From contig NW_003314265.1 of assembly GCF_000143415.4 (NCBI RefSeq), positions 3,840,443 to 3,904,442 of the forward strand: a stretch of DNA of 64,000 nt. The letters run 5' to 3'. Positions 12,289 to 24,557 of this stretch are shown piece after piece (positions within the stretch are counted from its first letter, which is position 1; each line of letters begins with the position of its first letter). The stretch comes from Selaginella moellendorffii (taxonomy: Eukaryota; Plantae; Lycopodiophyta). The translations under genes and the position numbers were made by a program. Below the pieces are notes generated by a model. That model did not search any database, was not told the DNA's origin, and saw only the letters and a list, made by a program, of their open reading frames with translations.

Positions 12289-14832
12289 ATGGTTAGAGGC
12301 AGCGGCAGATCGTGGAGGATCACGCTCAAGGATAAATTGACGGCTTCCGAGGTCACGAAGATTCTCCAGCAGCGGGATTGGGAGCAGCAGCTCGAGGGGA
12401 TCCTCTCCGAAGGAAGACGAAAAGAAGGAAGAGGAAGAGCCGCCGACGAAGAAGGAAGGAAGAAAATCTCAGGAGAAATCTCCAAAGAAGAGAGGAAAGA
12501 TTTGCCTGGAGGAGGAAAGAGAGAGTTCTTAGTAAGAAGGAAGGGGAAGCCTTGGCTAACGAGCAACGTCGTCAGCGCGGTGCTGTGGAGCAATGCAAAG
12601 CGCAACACTGGAGTAGACGCGGAGACTCTGCTTGGATTCTACAGATGGGCCGAGAAGAAAGCTTCCATCGGTGGGAGCTGGCAAGCGCTCCACTGCCTCT
12701 TCCCGGTGCTCTTCAAGGCTGGCTTGAGCGTGGAAGTTGGCAGAGTCGCGAGGCCGCTTTTCAACAGTGGTTTGAGGCCGAACTTGGCCATCTGCTCGAT
12801 CATGATCCGGGGCTCCGTGGCTAGCAGGGATCTGGAGAACGCCCGGGTGATGATCGAGAGTGTGGTTTCCCGAGGACGAACGACGCTCCCTGCCAGTGAC
12901 TTCAAGTTTATCATCAAGGCCTTTTGCAAGCTCGAGAAGATGGAGAGTGTGCTTCGGTACTTTGCCTGGATGGTTGATGCTCACGGGCCGGACGAGGTGA
13001 CTTTGAGAGTCGTCATGGTGGCTCTTTGCGAGAGAAAGATGGTGGAGGAAGCGTTTGAGATTTACGAGACGGTGGCGGACAGAGGCTACCCCGTGGGTGA
13101 TACGATCGTCGGTATCTTGGTCGGGGGCATTTTATCTTCCAGGCCGCTCACGGAGGTCTACGCTCTGTTCGACATGCTAAGCACCGGAGGAGACATTGCT
13201 TTGGACGCGTCCACTCTTCGGACGATAAGGGACCGCGTGCTGCTCCAGGAACGCAAAGTTCATGCTGCCGAGAGAGAACTCGGCTTTTCGGACACCGAGC
13301 TCTGGAGGTCACTTGAGAGATTGAAGGCGAGAGGCTTCGAGCCGACGTTACCAGTTGTGTTCCAGAACGTGTGCCACAGAATACAAGCGTGGCACGCCAA
13401 CGAGCTCCTGCGACTGCTGCTCGAGAAAGGTATGGTTTTCGAGAGCCAGGTATACGAGATCGTCATTGAGTCACTCTGCAAAGCGGGGTACCCCGACGAC
13501 GGGCTTGTTCTCCTCAAAGAGATGGCTCTTCGGCGAGTTATACCGGGAGCAGCAACTTTCAACACTGTTGCGGATGGTTTTGCGAAAGCCGGACGCTTGG
13601 AACAAGTGAAAGAAGTTTACCAGGGCATGATGGAGGCTGGGTATACGCTTCGAGCGTCTGGCTATGGCATCCTCATTTCGTGCCTGTGCAAAGTCGGCAA
13701 CTTTGACGAGGCTTACAAGCTTCTTGACACGATGCGGCTAAAACGATTCAAGCGGAAAGCCATCGCTTACAGCACGATTATCAACTGGCTGTGCAAGCTC
13801 AACCGGGTGGAAGAAGCTCGAGAGCTGATTGAGAAGATGGCACGCTACGCCCCTCCAGACGCTCTCACGTATGGGCCTATTGTCGAGCGGCTGTGCAAGA
13901 CGAAGAGGATCGACGATGCACTGGCCACTGTGGAGGAGATGGCGACGAGAGGTATAAAGCCGGATGCTTTCATATACAACTTTGTCCTGAGTGGACTCTG
14001 CCAGGAGGAGAAAGTGGAGGAGGCACGCTTGCTTTTCGAGAAGATGGTGAAGCAACGGATCAACCCCAACGTCGTGACTTACAACACCCTGATCAACGGC
14101 CTCTGCAAGGCCTGGCGGATCGAGACGGCTTACGAGCTGTTCAAAGAGATGGCCGGGAAAGGATACGTTCCAACGGAGGTGTCTTACAACACTCTCATCG
14201 ACGGGTTTTGCAAGAAGAAGGATCTGGTCGCTGCGAAGGACGTTTTTGACAAGATGGTCCGCAGTAACTGCGTCCCAAACGTGGTCACGTACACGACTCT
14301 GATCGACGGGCTTTCGAAGTCGGGCAAGGTGCAAGCAGCAGCCGAAGTCCTGGACGGCATGGTGAAGAAAGGGGTCACTCCGAATGTTGCGACGTACAGC
14401 TGCCTCATCGATGGTTTCTGCAAGGTGCGGAGAGTGGACGAGGCGCACAAGCTCCTCGAGCAGATGGTCACACAGGGGATCGCTCCGACGGTCGTGACTT
14501 ACAACATCCTTCTCAACAGCCTCTGCCGCGCGGACAAGCTCGAGGACGCGTTCAAGCTCTTCCGGGGCATGGCACAGAGACGGTGTCACCCGACGGTGGT
14601 GACTTACAACACCTTGCTGAGAGCTCTGTGCCACCACAAGCAACTCGATGGAGCTCACAGGTTGTACGCCGAGATGATCGCCAAGGGATGTCCCCCCGAC
14701 GCGATAACGTATGACACGCTCGCTTGGGGGTTGACCAGAGCTGGGAAGGTTCACGAGGCGCAGGAACTCATGGAAAAGATGAAACTTACGAAACGCAATC
14801 CCTTCGGTCGAAGCTCACAAGGAAAGGCATAG
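12289..14832 (+). CDS. P-class pentatricopeptide repeat protein (intronless)
   Basis: Tandem 35-aa repeats (PNVVTYNTLINGLCK..A..LF.EM..KG..P); no E/DYW extension. Confidence 0.92.
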   Translation: MVRGSGRSWRITLKDKLTASEVTKILQQRDWEQQLEGILSEGRRKEGRGRAADEEGRKKISGEISKEERKDLPGGGKREFLVRRKGKPWLTSNVVSAVLWSNAKRNTGVDAETLLGFYRWAEKKASIGGSWQALHCLFPVLFKAGLSVEVGRVARPLFNSGLRPNLAICSIMIRGSVASRDLENARVMIESVVSRGRTTLPASDFKFIIKAFCKLEKMESVLRYFAWMVDAHGPDEVTLRVVMVALCERKMVEEAFEIYETVADRGYPVGDTIVGILVGGILSSRPLTEVYALFDMLSTGGDIALDASTLRTIRDRVLLQERKVHAAERELGFSDTELWRSLERLKARGFEPTLPVVFQNVCHRIQAWHANELLRLLLEKGMVFESQVYEIVIESLCKAGYPDDGLVLLKEMALRRVIPGAATFNTVADGFAKAGRLEQVKEVYQGMMEAGYTLRASGYGILISCLCKVGNFDEAYKLLDTMRLKRFKRKAIAYSTIINWLCKLNRVEEARELIEKMARYAPPDALTYGPIVERLCKTKRIDDALATVEEMATRGIKPDAFIYNFVLSGLCQEEKVEEARLLFEKMVKQRINPNVVTYNTLINGLCKAWRIETAYELFKEMAGKGYVPTEVSYNTLIDGFCKKKDLVAAKDVFDKMVRSNCVPNVVTYTTLIDGLSKSGKVQAAAEVLDGMVKKGVTPNVATYSCLIDGFCKVRRVDEAHKLLEQMVTQGIAPTVVTYNILLNSLCRADKLEDAFKLFRGMAQRRCHPTVVTYNTLLRALCHHKQLDGAHRLYAEMIAKGCPPDAITYDTLAWGLTRAGKVHEAQELMEKMKLTKRNPFGRSSQGKA

Positions 14833-15214
14833 GAACAAGGTACTTCTTCTCTACTTCTAACCGGTTTACTTGTCGAAGCTCACACTTCTTCTCTACTTAG
14901 TTTTCTTTTTCTGCACGACTAATGCTTCGTTTTAGATGGCTGTGGCGAAGAGCATGCTCGTGATCGCGACTGGATTTACTCGTTTTGCTATCGGTGAACA
15001 ACTTTCTTCTTAGACAATCCAGCCAACTTTCCGCGACAAGCTGAGGTTCCGTATTGCTGGCGTAACTTGAGGGTCCATTGCTACGCTAGTGGACCGTCGA
15101 CTAAGCATTCTTTTAGTTGCGTTTCCAGGATTTCCTTGCGAAATTCCTAGAGCTTTCCCAGCAAGCTTAGGGGATCTATAAGAGAGGCTCCTTGCTCGCT
15201 CATCTGCGGGAGGA

Positions 15215-15984
15215 ATGAGGAAGTCTGGTGGCCACTCGGTGCAGAAGTCGAAGACGGTGGGACCTCCGCCGCAGCAGAAGCGAACGAGCTCAACTCAAGC
15301 CGCCTCTCCAAGCTCGGATTTTTCTCCAGGCTACGGATCACAGCAGCAGGAAGGGATTTGCGAGTTCCAGGATGTGCTCGACTTGCTGCAGAGAAAGGGT
15401 AAGGCGTGCTCGTTTCATTCGTTTTTCTTCCTTTCGCTAAGTGTAGCACGACTTTGTGAATCCCAGGAAGAAAGACGAGCAAGAAGGAATTGGGTAAGGC
15501 TCTCGAGTCGCTGGGCTACAACGCTACGCAGGAGGAGCTCCAAGAGATGATCGACGGCGTCACTGCCGGAAGCGACGATCCCTGCCCTGTCGATATCTCA
15601 TACTTCATGGAGTTAATAGCCAAAAAGATGAAGGTAACTTTAGCCATATGCTCACGAGGAAACTGAAAATTTCGTCTTTTGGGAGTGTCCCACAGGATGA
15701 AGATTCGTCCGTGAGATTGAGAGAAGCGTTCGCGAACTTCGACAAGGATAAGAACGGATTCATCTCGGCATCAGAGGTTCCGTGACAGATTTTTCTTTCT
15801 CAAACTTCCGTGCTAATTGGATCCTCCAAATCTTTTTTCGCAGCTCTCGAATGTGCTCAAGACGATGGGCCAAGACCTGACTGACAAGGATTTGGATCGG
15901 ATGATCGAGCTCGCTGACATCGACGGTGACGGCCAAGTAAACTACGAAGAATTTGTGAACATGATGATGGCCAGGAATGAATAG
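15215..15984 (+). CDS. Calmodulin-like EF-hand protein
   Basis: [21 protein letters not shown] and [20 protein letters not shown]-hands; N-lobe degenerate; start codon uncertain. Confidence 0.8.
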
Positions 15985-16421
15985 GAGTTAACAGGTGGTG
16001 GAATATTCTCTCCCGCGTTTGGAATGGATATTCCGGTAGCTCTTTTAAAGCATATTCTGGTCCGGCGTGGTACATTCTGTTGTGTCCTCTTTTACAGGGC
16101 GTGGGCGATTTAAACCAAACGGGAGTGGGCGTCAAGAAAAACATTTGCCCATGGCTATGGTTGATGCGTGAAGCGAGGATTGCTGGAGGATTAGGGTTAG
16201 GGCTTTTGCGCAGCGGGGGAGTGGCGAGCAGCTCGATCGGTGGCCCGGCGCATGCGCTGTGATGAGAAATCCGCCCCGTTGCCCCGCAGCCGGACCGGAC
16301 GGAGGTAATTTCTTGCCGGCGCCGCTAGATCCATGCGCGACAAGCTACATTCTCGCGCTGTGGCGCCGCTAAGCTGGCAATGCGGGTAGATCTCACGGAT
16401 CTATAGCTGCCTGGGCGAGAA

Positions 16422-17974
16422 ATGTCGTTTAAGAATTTCATCCGGGACATCCAGGAGCTCAAGGGCGGGATTGGCAGCATCTCCAGGCGGAGCTTCGAGG
16501 TGAGGCTGTCGCAGCCCCAGCAGCAGCCACACCACAGGTCTCGCTCCTCGTCGCTCGCCTCTGTCGGTGGCGATCCAGCGGCGCCGCCGGATCACAGGAA
16601 TGAGATGTCTCGGCAGAGCTGCTGGGCCAACATGCCGCCGGAATTGCTGCGAGACATCATCCAGAGGCTCGAGTCGAGCGACAACGTGTGGCCGTCGCGG
16701 AAGAACGTGGTTGCATGCGCTGCCGTGTGTAGCACCTGGAGGGAGATCACCAAAGAGCTTGTCAAGTCCCCGGAGCTCTCTGGAAAGCTCACCTTTCCAG
16801 TCTCCCTCAAACAGGTAATTCATTCCTTCCTCTGTGCATTGTCTCTTCTTCTCTTCCTTTTTGTTTCCAGTGTTTGCTCGATTCTAACTTTGCTGGATTG
16901 GAACTTGTGGCTTGTCTCTGTGTTTGTGTAGCCTGGGCCAAGGGATGCAACAGTTCAGTGCTACATCGAACGGGACAGGACGACTGCTACATACAGGCTG
17001 TTCCTGGGCTTGACACCAAGTATGTCTTCTCTTTCCTGGACAGCTCTCGCGAAGTTGGTTGAGATTGTCTTTTGCTTTTGGTGGTCTCAGCACTGACGGA
17101 AAACGGGAAATTCTTGCTGGCCGCAAGGAAGTCGAGGCGGGCGACCAGCACTGACTACATCATCTCGATCGACCCCGAGGACATGTCTCGGGGCAGCAGC
17201 AGCTGCGTTGGAAAGCTGAGGTAGTACTGAAGTTTTCCTCCGCCGCGTGTTTACGTTGTTTTTAATCACAGGTCAAACTTCCTGGGCACAAAGTTCGCGA
17301 TCTACGACACACAACCGCCCCACAGCGGTGCGATCGCGTCAACAAATCGTGCAGGCCGCCGAGTTGCTGCAAAACAGGTGTCCCCGAAGGTCCCCGCGGG
17401 AAGTTACAACGTTGCGCACATATCCTACGAGCTCAACGTGCTGGGTACGAGGGGTCCGAGACGCATGCAGTGTACTCTCCACGCAGTCGGTGCCGTGTCC
17501 ATGGACTCCGACTCGGAAGGCATGGCAGTACCGGCCTCCACGGAGCTGTCCGGCCACCACGCCGACGACTCCTCCTCCTTCACCTTCATGTCCGCAAAGC
17601 CCAGCGCCGCAGCCCCGGTGGCCGACGACGCCGTCGGCGAGCCCGGCTTGAGCAGCAGCGGCGGCGATCGGTACGTGAAGGGCGATCCTCTGGTGCTCAA
17701 GAACAAGTCTCCCAGGTGGCACGATCAACTCCAGTGCTGGTGTCTCAACTTCCGGGGCCGGGTCACTGTTGCTTCCGTGAAGAACTTCCAGCTGGTGGCA
17801 GCGGCGGATCAACCTCCGGCTCCTGTTTGCCAGGGCGAGCAGGACAAAGTCCTGCTCCAGTTTGGGAAGATTGGTAAGGACATGTTTACGATGGATTACA
17901 GGTACCCGCTCTCGGCATTCCAGGCGTTTGCTATCTGTTTAAGCAGCTTTGATACGAAGCTGGCTTGCGAGTAG
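16422..17974 (+). CDS. TLP: Tubby-like F-box protein
   Basis: F-box [13 protein letters not shown]; Tub domain ending [17 protein letters not shown]...[16 protein letters not shown]. Confidence 0.95.
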
Positions 17975-18246
17975 CCAGCCATTGCTGGGCGCCTTGCTAT
18001 TGCTACACAGGTACTGGTTGTAGTTCGTTTTTCTAGTTTTTTTCTCGTGTAGAACTTGTAAGCTGATATTCATCTTTAAAACTCCCTTTCTTTTCTTCGT
18101 CTTTTTTCTTTCATGTGTATCATGTTTGAGTCACTTCAAGCCAAGAAGAAAGACAAATAGTCCAATCCAAACCTTATATATACAAAAAAAAACCTCTCGG
18201 CCAAGCAAGATGGGAGATTGCCCCACAAGAGCTCTCACAAGAGCTC

Positions 18247-19854
18247 TCACGTTGCTGCGAGACAAGTGGTGGACACTCGTCCATTTTCGTTGGAAACTCG
18301 TCCATTGTCGTTGTCCCTTGTTGTGTCGCTTGTGTCCGGCGTTCCAGAACTTCCACCGGAGGTATCGCTGCCTGCATTCTCGCTTGCTTGATTGGAATTG
18401 GAACAGTGTCCACCATTCGTGGTACCCGTAGTAGTAGTGGTAGTAGCGGCAGTAGCAGTGGCAGTAGTGATCGTAGTTGTAGAAGTAGTGGAGTATCTTA
18501 AAACTTGCGATGTTCTAGCACTTGGAGGAAACTGGAACGAAGCCGAAGTTAACGGTGACGGTGGCGGGGAGAACCTCCGCTTTTTGGATCTGTCGTTCCG
18601 CCTAGACGAGGAAGGATTCCCTGACAACCTGAACATCGCTTTATTACCGCATCACGACAACAGGAGCTTGGTTCTTTGTGATTTACCTGTCTCGTCGTTT
18701 AGCCAGGAATCTCTGTAGCGATGCACTTCTGACCTGTGGAAGCCCTGCTCAGGGTCAGGAGACAAAAATCCTTGCATAGAAAAGCACACCAAGTACCAGG
18801 TTCCGTGCAGCTTTCGTCGGGTAGAGCTGAACCCGAGCTTAGATATATTTGAGGAGCTTGTTGGTGCTGCATCGGGTACTTTTGCGTGGCTTCGGTTTGT
18901 TGGTTAAGCTCTCGTTGTTGTTGTTGTTGTTGTTGGGTTGCACTCGTAAACGGCGGATGGCCAGGCACTGAACTTGTCGGAACGTGAAACGTTTTACTCG
19001 CGGCAAGAAGCATTATAGCTTGTGCCTGTTAAACTGATGTCATGCTTTGAAAAAATCGATGGCAACAAACACGCTTTCGCTGACCTTGTCAAGCGGGACA
19101 TCGTCGTACACGTTCACAATACCGGAGTAGAAAATGGTCAGCTGGGCACTGTGAGGCTTTGTCGTTGACGCGGGTTTAGAACTAAACAGCCAAGAGTGGT
19201 GTAAGACTACTTGTCAAAGCAAACTTGCCTACCTCAGCGGGTTACGTTTCGCATCGGGATTGAGAACTGATAACGTCGGGGCAAGAGATCCAAAGCATCC
19301 GGCGAGCGGCCTAGGATCAGAGGCGTTGTTAGATGGACAAGAATCTGGCATGCTTTGCTGAGAGACCTTGTCCAGTAATTGTTTGGTGTGACCAGCAGCA
19401 GCTGCTTCAGCCGGAGGGGCCTGCAAGGAAAGAAGAAGAATAAAAGGATCTCTCGGACTAAACTTCCAAGGATTCGCGATATGCTTACGTTCGCGGCACT
19501 TCCCGGGTTCTTGGAGGAAGGGCCTACCGGATTGGAAGGACAAAGCAAACTCCTCAAAGACAGCACTTGCTGGATCGCCTGTGCCTTGTTCCAAGACGGC
19601 CTGCGCATTCCTAGCAAGTAGCAAAGAAAAACCATCAAAATAATTCCCCACAAAGAAGAGAAGAGACACACGAGCTTACCCCGTTCCTTGAGATAGCGTC
19701 TACAGTCCTCCCGCGTGAGCTGCCTGATATCCAGCTCCGTGAGCTCCTCCAGCGGCCTGAGAGGCGCGGGCACCTCGGCCGCCGCGGCTGGAGCAGGATT
19801 ACCGGTGACCGCGACGCCATTGCTAGAACCGCAACCTAGAATCGAGGCCGCCAT
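18247..19854 (-). CDS. PPD: PEAPOD-type TIFY transcriptional repressor
   Basis: PPD domain LTELDIRQLTREDCRRYLKERGMRRPSWNKAQAIQQVLSL, TIFY motif QLTIFYSGIVNVYDDVP.DKAQAIMLLA, divergent Jas RSASLQRFLAKRRDR (exon ~18687-18732). Confidence 0.92.
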
Positions 19855-20004
19855 GGGAGGCGCAATGCTGCTGTGGAGAATGCAAGGGATGTTAGCCTAG
19901 AAATCGCCCCGCCGGAGCCGAGAAGACGCCGAATTGGGGAGACGAGCTCGCCGAGGATGAAAGCGCGCATCCATAGAGATTAAAATTAGGGCGGCTTTAA
20001 GCCG

Positions 20005-20135
20005 GCCACGTCAACCGTGGGATCCGCGCGCCACGTGGCAGTACAGCCCATTCCGAATATCCGATATATCCACGACACGCTGTTTACCCATTCCTACTTG
20101 TCAAACGACACGCTATGTACCCTTCCCTACGTGGC
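20005..20135. promoter_or_regulatory. G-box/ABRE-like ACGT elements in the shared divergent promoter of PPD and GT90
   Basis: GCCACGTC, palindromic GCCACGTGGC and TACGTGGC within ~130 bp. Confidence 0.35.
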
Positions 20136-20206
20136 GATTGGACACATCTGGGCCGTCCATCGCCGCTTCATATGGTTCTCCTTTTAATTTTTTTTCTCGC
20201 CATTCA

Positions 20207-21957
20207 ATGAAGATTTTGGGCTCCTCTTCTCCCGTCCTCCCGCTCGCGCTCCTTTTCCTCGTCGCGATTTTCCTCCTCTCTAGCGTCAGCGAGCTCCAAG
20301 ATCTCCTCTTCTTCTCCAGGTCCGCGCGCCTGCTCCACAAATCCGCGGCGCTCCATTGCTCCGCCGGCGATGCTCCCGGCGATCGCGGGCGGCCTCCAAG
20401 ATCGCGCAACGCCAGCGCCGGCGCGGCGTCGTGCCCGCGATATTTCGCGAGGATTCGAGAGCACCTGGCGCCATGGCGATCGACTGGGATCACGAGGCGG
20501 AGCCTGGATCGCCGGCAGCGGCTGGGGTCAATGCGCGTCGCGATCCTCGGCGGCCGGATGTACGTCAGGGCGTACGGCGATTGCCCGCAGAGCCGCAGCG
20601 TCTTCTCGCTCTGGGGCTTGCTCCTGATGCTGGAAAGGTTTGGCGATCGCGTCCCCGACGTGGAGTTTGTCTTGAATTGCAAGGATCGGCCCATCGTGCC
20701 CAGGGATGGATCCTATGGAGGCGTCCCGTCCCCGGTTCTCAGCTATTGCAGCCATCGCCATAGCCTCGACATCCCTTTTCCCGATTATTCCTTCTGGGGA
20801 TGGTAAGTTTTAGAGATTTTTTCTTCTCTTCTCTCTTGCAAGTCCGTGTTTAGTCCTCGCATTCCAGATTTTCCTGTAGTTGTCTGATCGATTGAAATCG
20901 GTCTGATTGGATGATTGACTTGGTTTGAAGCCGTGATCACTCATTGTACTTCTTTCTTGGGTCAGGTCTTTTTTCTCCGCTTTAAAGTTTGTTCTCTTTG
21001 AAAACAACAAATATTCTCTGACAAACCGTGTTAGGCCGGAGGTAAACATTCGTCCCTGGGAGCAAGAATCGCAGGAGATATTCCAGGGATCCCAGGACGT
21101 TGAATGGAACAAGAGGCAGCCCCTTGCGTTTTGGAAAGGGAATTTGAGAATGGGGAAGCTTAGAAATCTTCTGGCTCGATGCAACTCCACCGAGTTTGGC
21201 ACCCTTGTCTTTGACCAAGTAAGCATTTGATCGTGGTGGTTTTATTAGCTGATCGTGTCCAATGGTGCAATTACAGAACTGGATTGCTGAAGCCAACGTT
21301 GGATACGCAAACTCCAAGTTGTGCAAACAGTGCAACCAAAGGCACGGCTATAGTCCTCTGTTGTGGCTTTGAAAGCTCTTCTAATGCTCTTCCAATGTTC
21401 CACTTTCAGGTATAACATCTATGCCGAGGGAGCAGCATGGTCGGCGAGCCTCAAGTATAAAATGGCTTGTGGCTCCACTTTGCTCTATTTGGACTCGGAG
21501 TACGATGAGTTCTTCACAAAAGGTTTGCTCCCAAACATCCACTTTATGCCAATCTCTTCAAAGGAGGAGGAGATGTGCCAATCTTTGAGAGATGCGGTCA
21601 ACTGGGGAAACTCCCACGCGCATGAGGTATATATGTATAGTTTTTAATCACGAAAAGCACTGATCATCGCCATCAAATTTGGGATTTTGCCAGGCACAGA
21701 ATATTGGGAGAAGTGGACAGGCTTTCATGCGAGAGCAAGTTAACATAGATCAGGTATACAATTACATGTTTCACCTTCTGTCGGAGTACTCCAGGCTGCA
21801 AAGGTTCACTCCGGAGATACCCAGAGGAGGCCGATTTTTTTGTAGAAGAGCTCTCCAATACATTGCAGAGTTGTATGGCAAACAAAATTACATTGGGGCT
21901 CACAAAAGAGTCGAAGACTCTGAGCCATGCACAATGCTATTTAACATTACTTCATAG
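20207..21957 (+). CDS. CAP10/GT90 (KDELC/POGLUT-like) glycosyltransferase, copy 1
   Basis: N-terminal TM, CPRYF..I...L.PW, VPDVEFVLNCKDRP, DIPFPDYSFWGW, AFWKGN, YNIYAEGAAWSASLKYKMACGS. Confidence 0.9.
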
Positions 21958-22175
21958 ATTGATAAAGGTAAATTAATATTTTTTATTATCATGAAAAAAA
22001 CAGGAAAAGGCATAAAATTTGTTATCTTCTTTTCTTCAGAATTTCTAATTTTAGCTTTAAAGCAAAGGAGCAATGCACCTTATTGTTAAGCTTCATGTGA
22101 ACTTATGATAGCAGGAAACTAAAAGATGGGAAGTTTAGTGTGTTTATTATGGATTCAAGCATTATTCCAAATATT

Positions 22176-23213
22176 TCAACTTAGTGCCTGCCACCAAATT
22201 TGTCGAGTCTCCAGGTTATAGATGAAAACATTTCCCTCTCCTCTCACAACAACACTAGAGAGCACAATGCAATCTGGTTGGGGCTTGCAATACACTCCAG
22301 CCGCCCAAAAAACATTCCCGTAACTGTCCTTGATAACCAAATTTCCATCCTGTTGTTGTATAGCGTAGCATCCAGCAGAAGGATGATAATCATGTTTGCT
22401 CACCCAGATTTCCTGGTGGTTACTCTTTTTCCTTAGAGCTAATCTGCAATCTATACGCAAAGTCAACCTGTAGAGCCCATTCAAAGAATTGATACTATTC
22501 CCTTGTAGAAGATAAGATCCAGGTACCTTGGCCTGGCTCCCTACAAGCGAGCTTTCGAAACTCCAGCAGCTCCCTTGATCACCATCAGTTTCGTCTGTAA
22601 TAATCATTGACGAACTCCTTGTATATAAACTGCCACCATTAATCACTGATGAATTCCTTACATATAGATTGCTACCATAAATCATAAATGAATTCTTTGC
22701 ATATAAAGTGCGATGATTGTAGACAACAAGCTGATAGTCGATTGCAAAATGCAAGTACTCCGTGCGTATGCGTCCACAGAAGGTCAAGCTATTTGGATCA
22801 CTAGCAGCATCCATGGAGATCTGTGCAGCAATCCGAAAGAGTGAATTCCTTACATATATGGGACGAAATATGTAGGGGATTGAGGGATCAGCAACACAGA
22901 TTAGAAACTGATTATTTACAGCTAAAGGCGCATTCAGGTGCAAATTGAACCTTAGTCTGGTGTGGTTGCCAAACCACACATCTAAAATAGACCCTCCTAC
23001 TTGAATTTGTTGATTATCGCTGTATACACGATAAATATGCTGAACAAGCTGACGCATACCAGTTCGAAACCGTGATAATGATAACCCCCGAATATTTCTG
23101 CGAAAGATTGTAAGAGGCTGCGGGTGGTATGGGTAACTAGGTTGGGCATGGACAACCCACAACAGAAGTAACATCAAAATCATAGTTGTAATAGCACGGT
23201 ATAACATATTCAT
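22176..23213 (-). CDS. Secreted protein with C-terminal bulb-type (B) lectin domain and unrecognised N-terminal region
   Basis: Intronless ORF; signal peptide MILMLLLLWVVHAQ; QQDGNLVI..VFWAAG..GEGNVFIY..IWW lectin repeats. Confidence 0.7.
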   Translation of the reverse strand: MNMLYRAITTMILMLLLLWVVHAQPSYPYHPQPLTIFRRNIRGLSLSRFRTGMRQLVQHIYRVYSDNQQIQVGGSILDVWFGNHTRLRFNLHLNAPLAVNNQFLICVADPSIPYIFRPIYVRNSLFRIAAQISMDAASDPNSLTFCGRIRTEYLHFAIDYQLVVYNHRTLYAKNSFMIYGSNLYVRNSSVINGGSLYTRSSSMIITDETDGDQGSCWSFESSLVGSQAKVPGSYLLQGNSINSLNGLYRLTLRIDCRLALRKKSNHQEIWVSKHDYHPSAGCYAIQQQDGNLVIKDSYGNVFWAAGVYCKPQPDCIVLSSVVVRGEGNVFIYNLETRQIWWQALS

Positions 23214-23498
23214 TTGGCATATCACACCCCTTAGTTTCAAGTTTTATGTATATTCAGTTCTAGAGGTTGCCGTCCAAGAACAGACAAAAAAGTGACTAAC
23301 TTTTTGTTAAAGCTTTTTGTTTGCTTAAGCAGCTACCTATATCAATGCACTTGAGCAGAGAACTTTCATGAAACCATGCAAGATCATTTAGGAGCAAGGT
23401 CTGGTTGTGAAATGAGCTTAGCAGGTGTGTGTCTTGAGCTGGCTATACTTTGGAGTATGCTTTTTTGGACAACCTCTTCTAAATCTTTTCCAATGTTC

Positions 23499-23830
23499 GG
23501 GATGGTAACCTCTTCTAATATTTTCCAATGTTCGGAAAGTTGAGTTGAGTTTAACTCAATGTAAGTCTTATAAAGAAAATTTATATTGAAGAAATGAAGG
23601 TTCTAATAAACTTTAAAATATTGAAACATAAAAGTTTCTACTAAACAAAATTAACGAGAACCTATCTTTTCTAAAACTATATTATTTTACTATGGCTATT
23701 GTTACAACTATTATATTTTTATTTGACTAGTTCACATTTTGACTAGCTATACAACTGTTGCATATTTACATACTATTCCTTCATTTAAAAGTTTTTTCTA
23801 AAGTTTTAAGAAAATGGGAAGCAAGGAAGA
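23499..23830 (+). mobile_element. Truncated left-end remnant of the same TIR family as 34012-45899
   Basis: GGGATGGT..AAAGTTGAGTTGAG and ~290 bp colinear with 34020-34380 (AAATGAAGGTTCTA.AAACTTTAAAATATT, GAGAACCTATCTTTT, TACTATTCCTTCATT, ATGGGAAGCAAGG). Confidence 0.75.
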
Positions 23831-24557
23831 AATTCTATATTCCACATTTAGGTATAACTATGCTAAGGGAGTAATGTGGGGAAAGAATATCTCTCTCTCT
23901 CTCTTTCTCACACACACACACAAAGTTTTTAACCATTGCCATGGGGTCACCTAAGGTTAAGCTATCACACTATCTAAGGTTGATTTACCTTTTGTGGCCC
24001 AGAGGGTTAAGGTTATTTAAATAACTTTAGCCCCTCAAGCTGCTAAACTACATGAACTGACTGGCTTTAGTTTGACCTTAGGCAGTGTAGTGGTTTAGGA
24101 GGTTGAGGTTATTCAAATAACATTAGCTCACTAGGCCATGAAAAGTGCCTCAAGATTGCCAATTGAGAACAAGAGCAAGAAAAAACTGAAAGCAATAGCA
24201 CAAAAAAATAAAAATAAAAAAACATACAAATGGAAGAAAAAATAATTGAAAAAAACTCACTTTTGGTAGCATTATTGTTTAGTTCTTCACCCATAATACT
24301 CAATTTCTTGCACACTCAATCTCTCACAACTCTTAGCACTCTAGATACTCTACTCATAACACTCAACTCATGGTGCTCAATTATTTGCACACCAACTCAC
24401 AGCACTTAATCACTTACATGCTCAACTCATAGCACTCAACTTGGAATGCAAATGTAAGTAGGAATAGTGGGTAAGACAGGCATAGCCAACCAATTGAGAA
24501 ACACAAATCCCTCAACCCCAAAGTGGAGCCAAAGGGTGCTATGTAATAGTGGCTGAA

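Noticed and set aside
13738-14754. 338-aa antisense ORF, and similar ones over RHM and Tubby
   Set aside because: Antisense shadows of GC3-rich coding sequence
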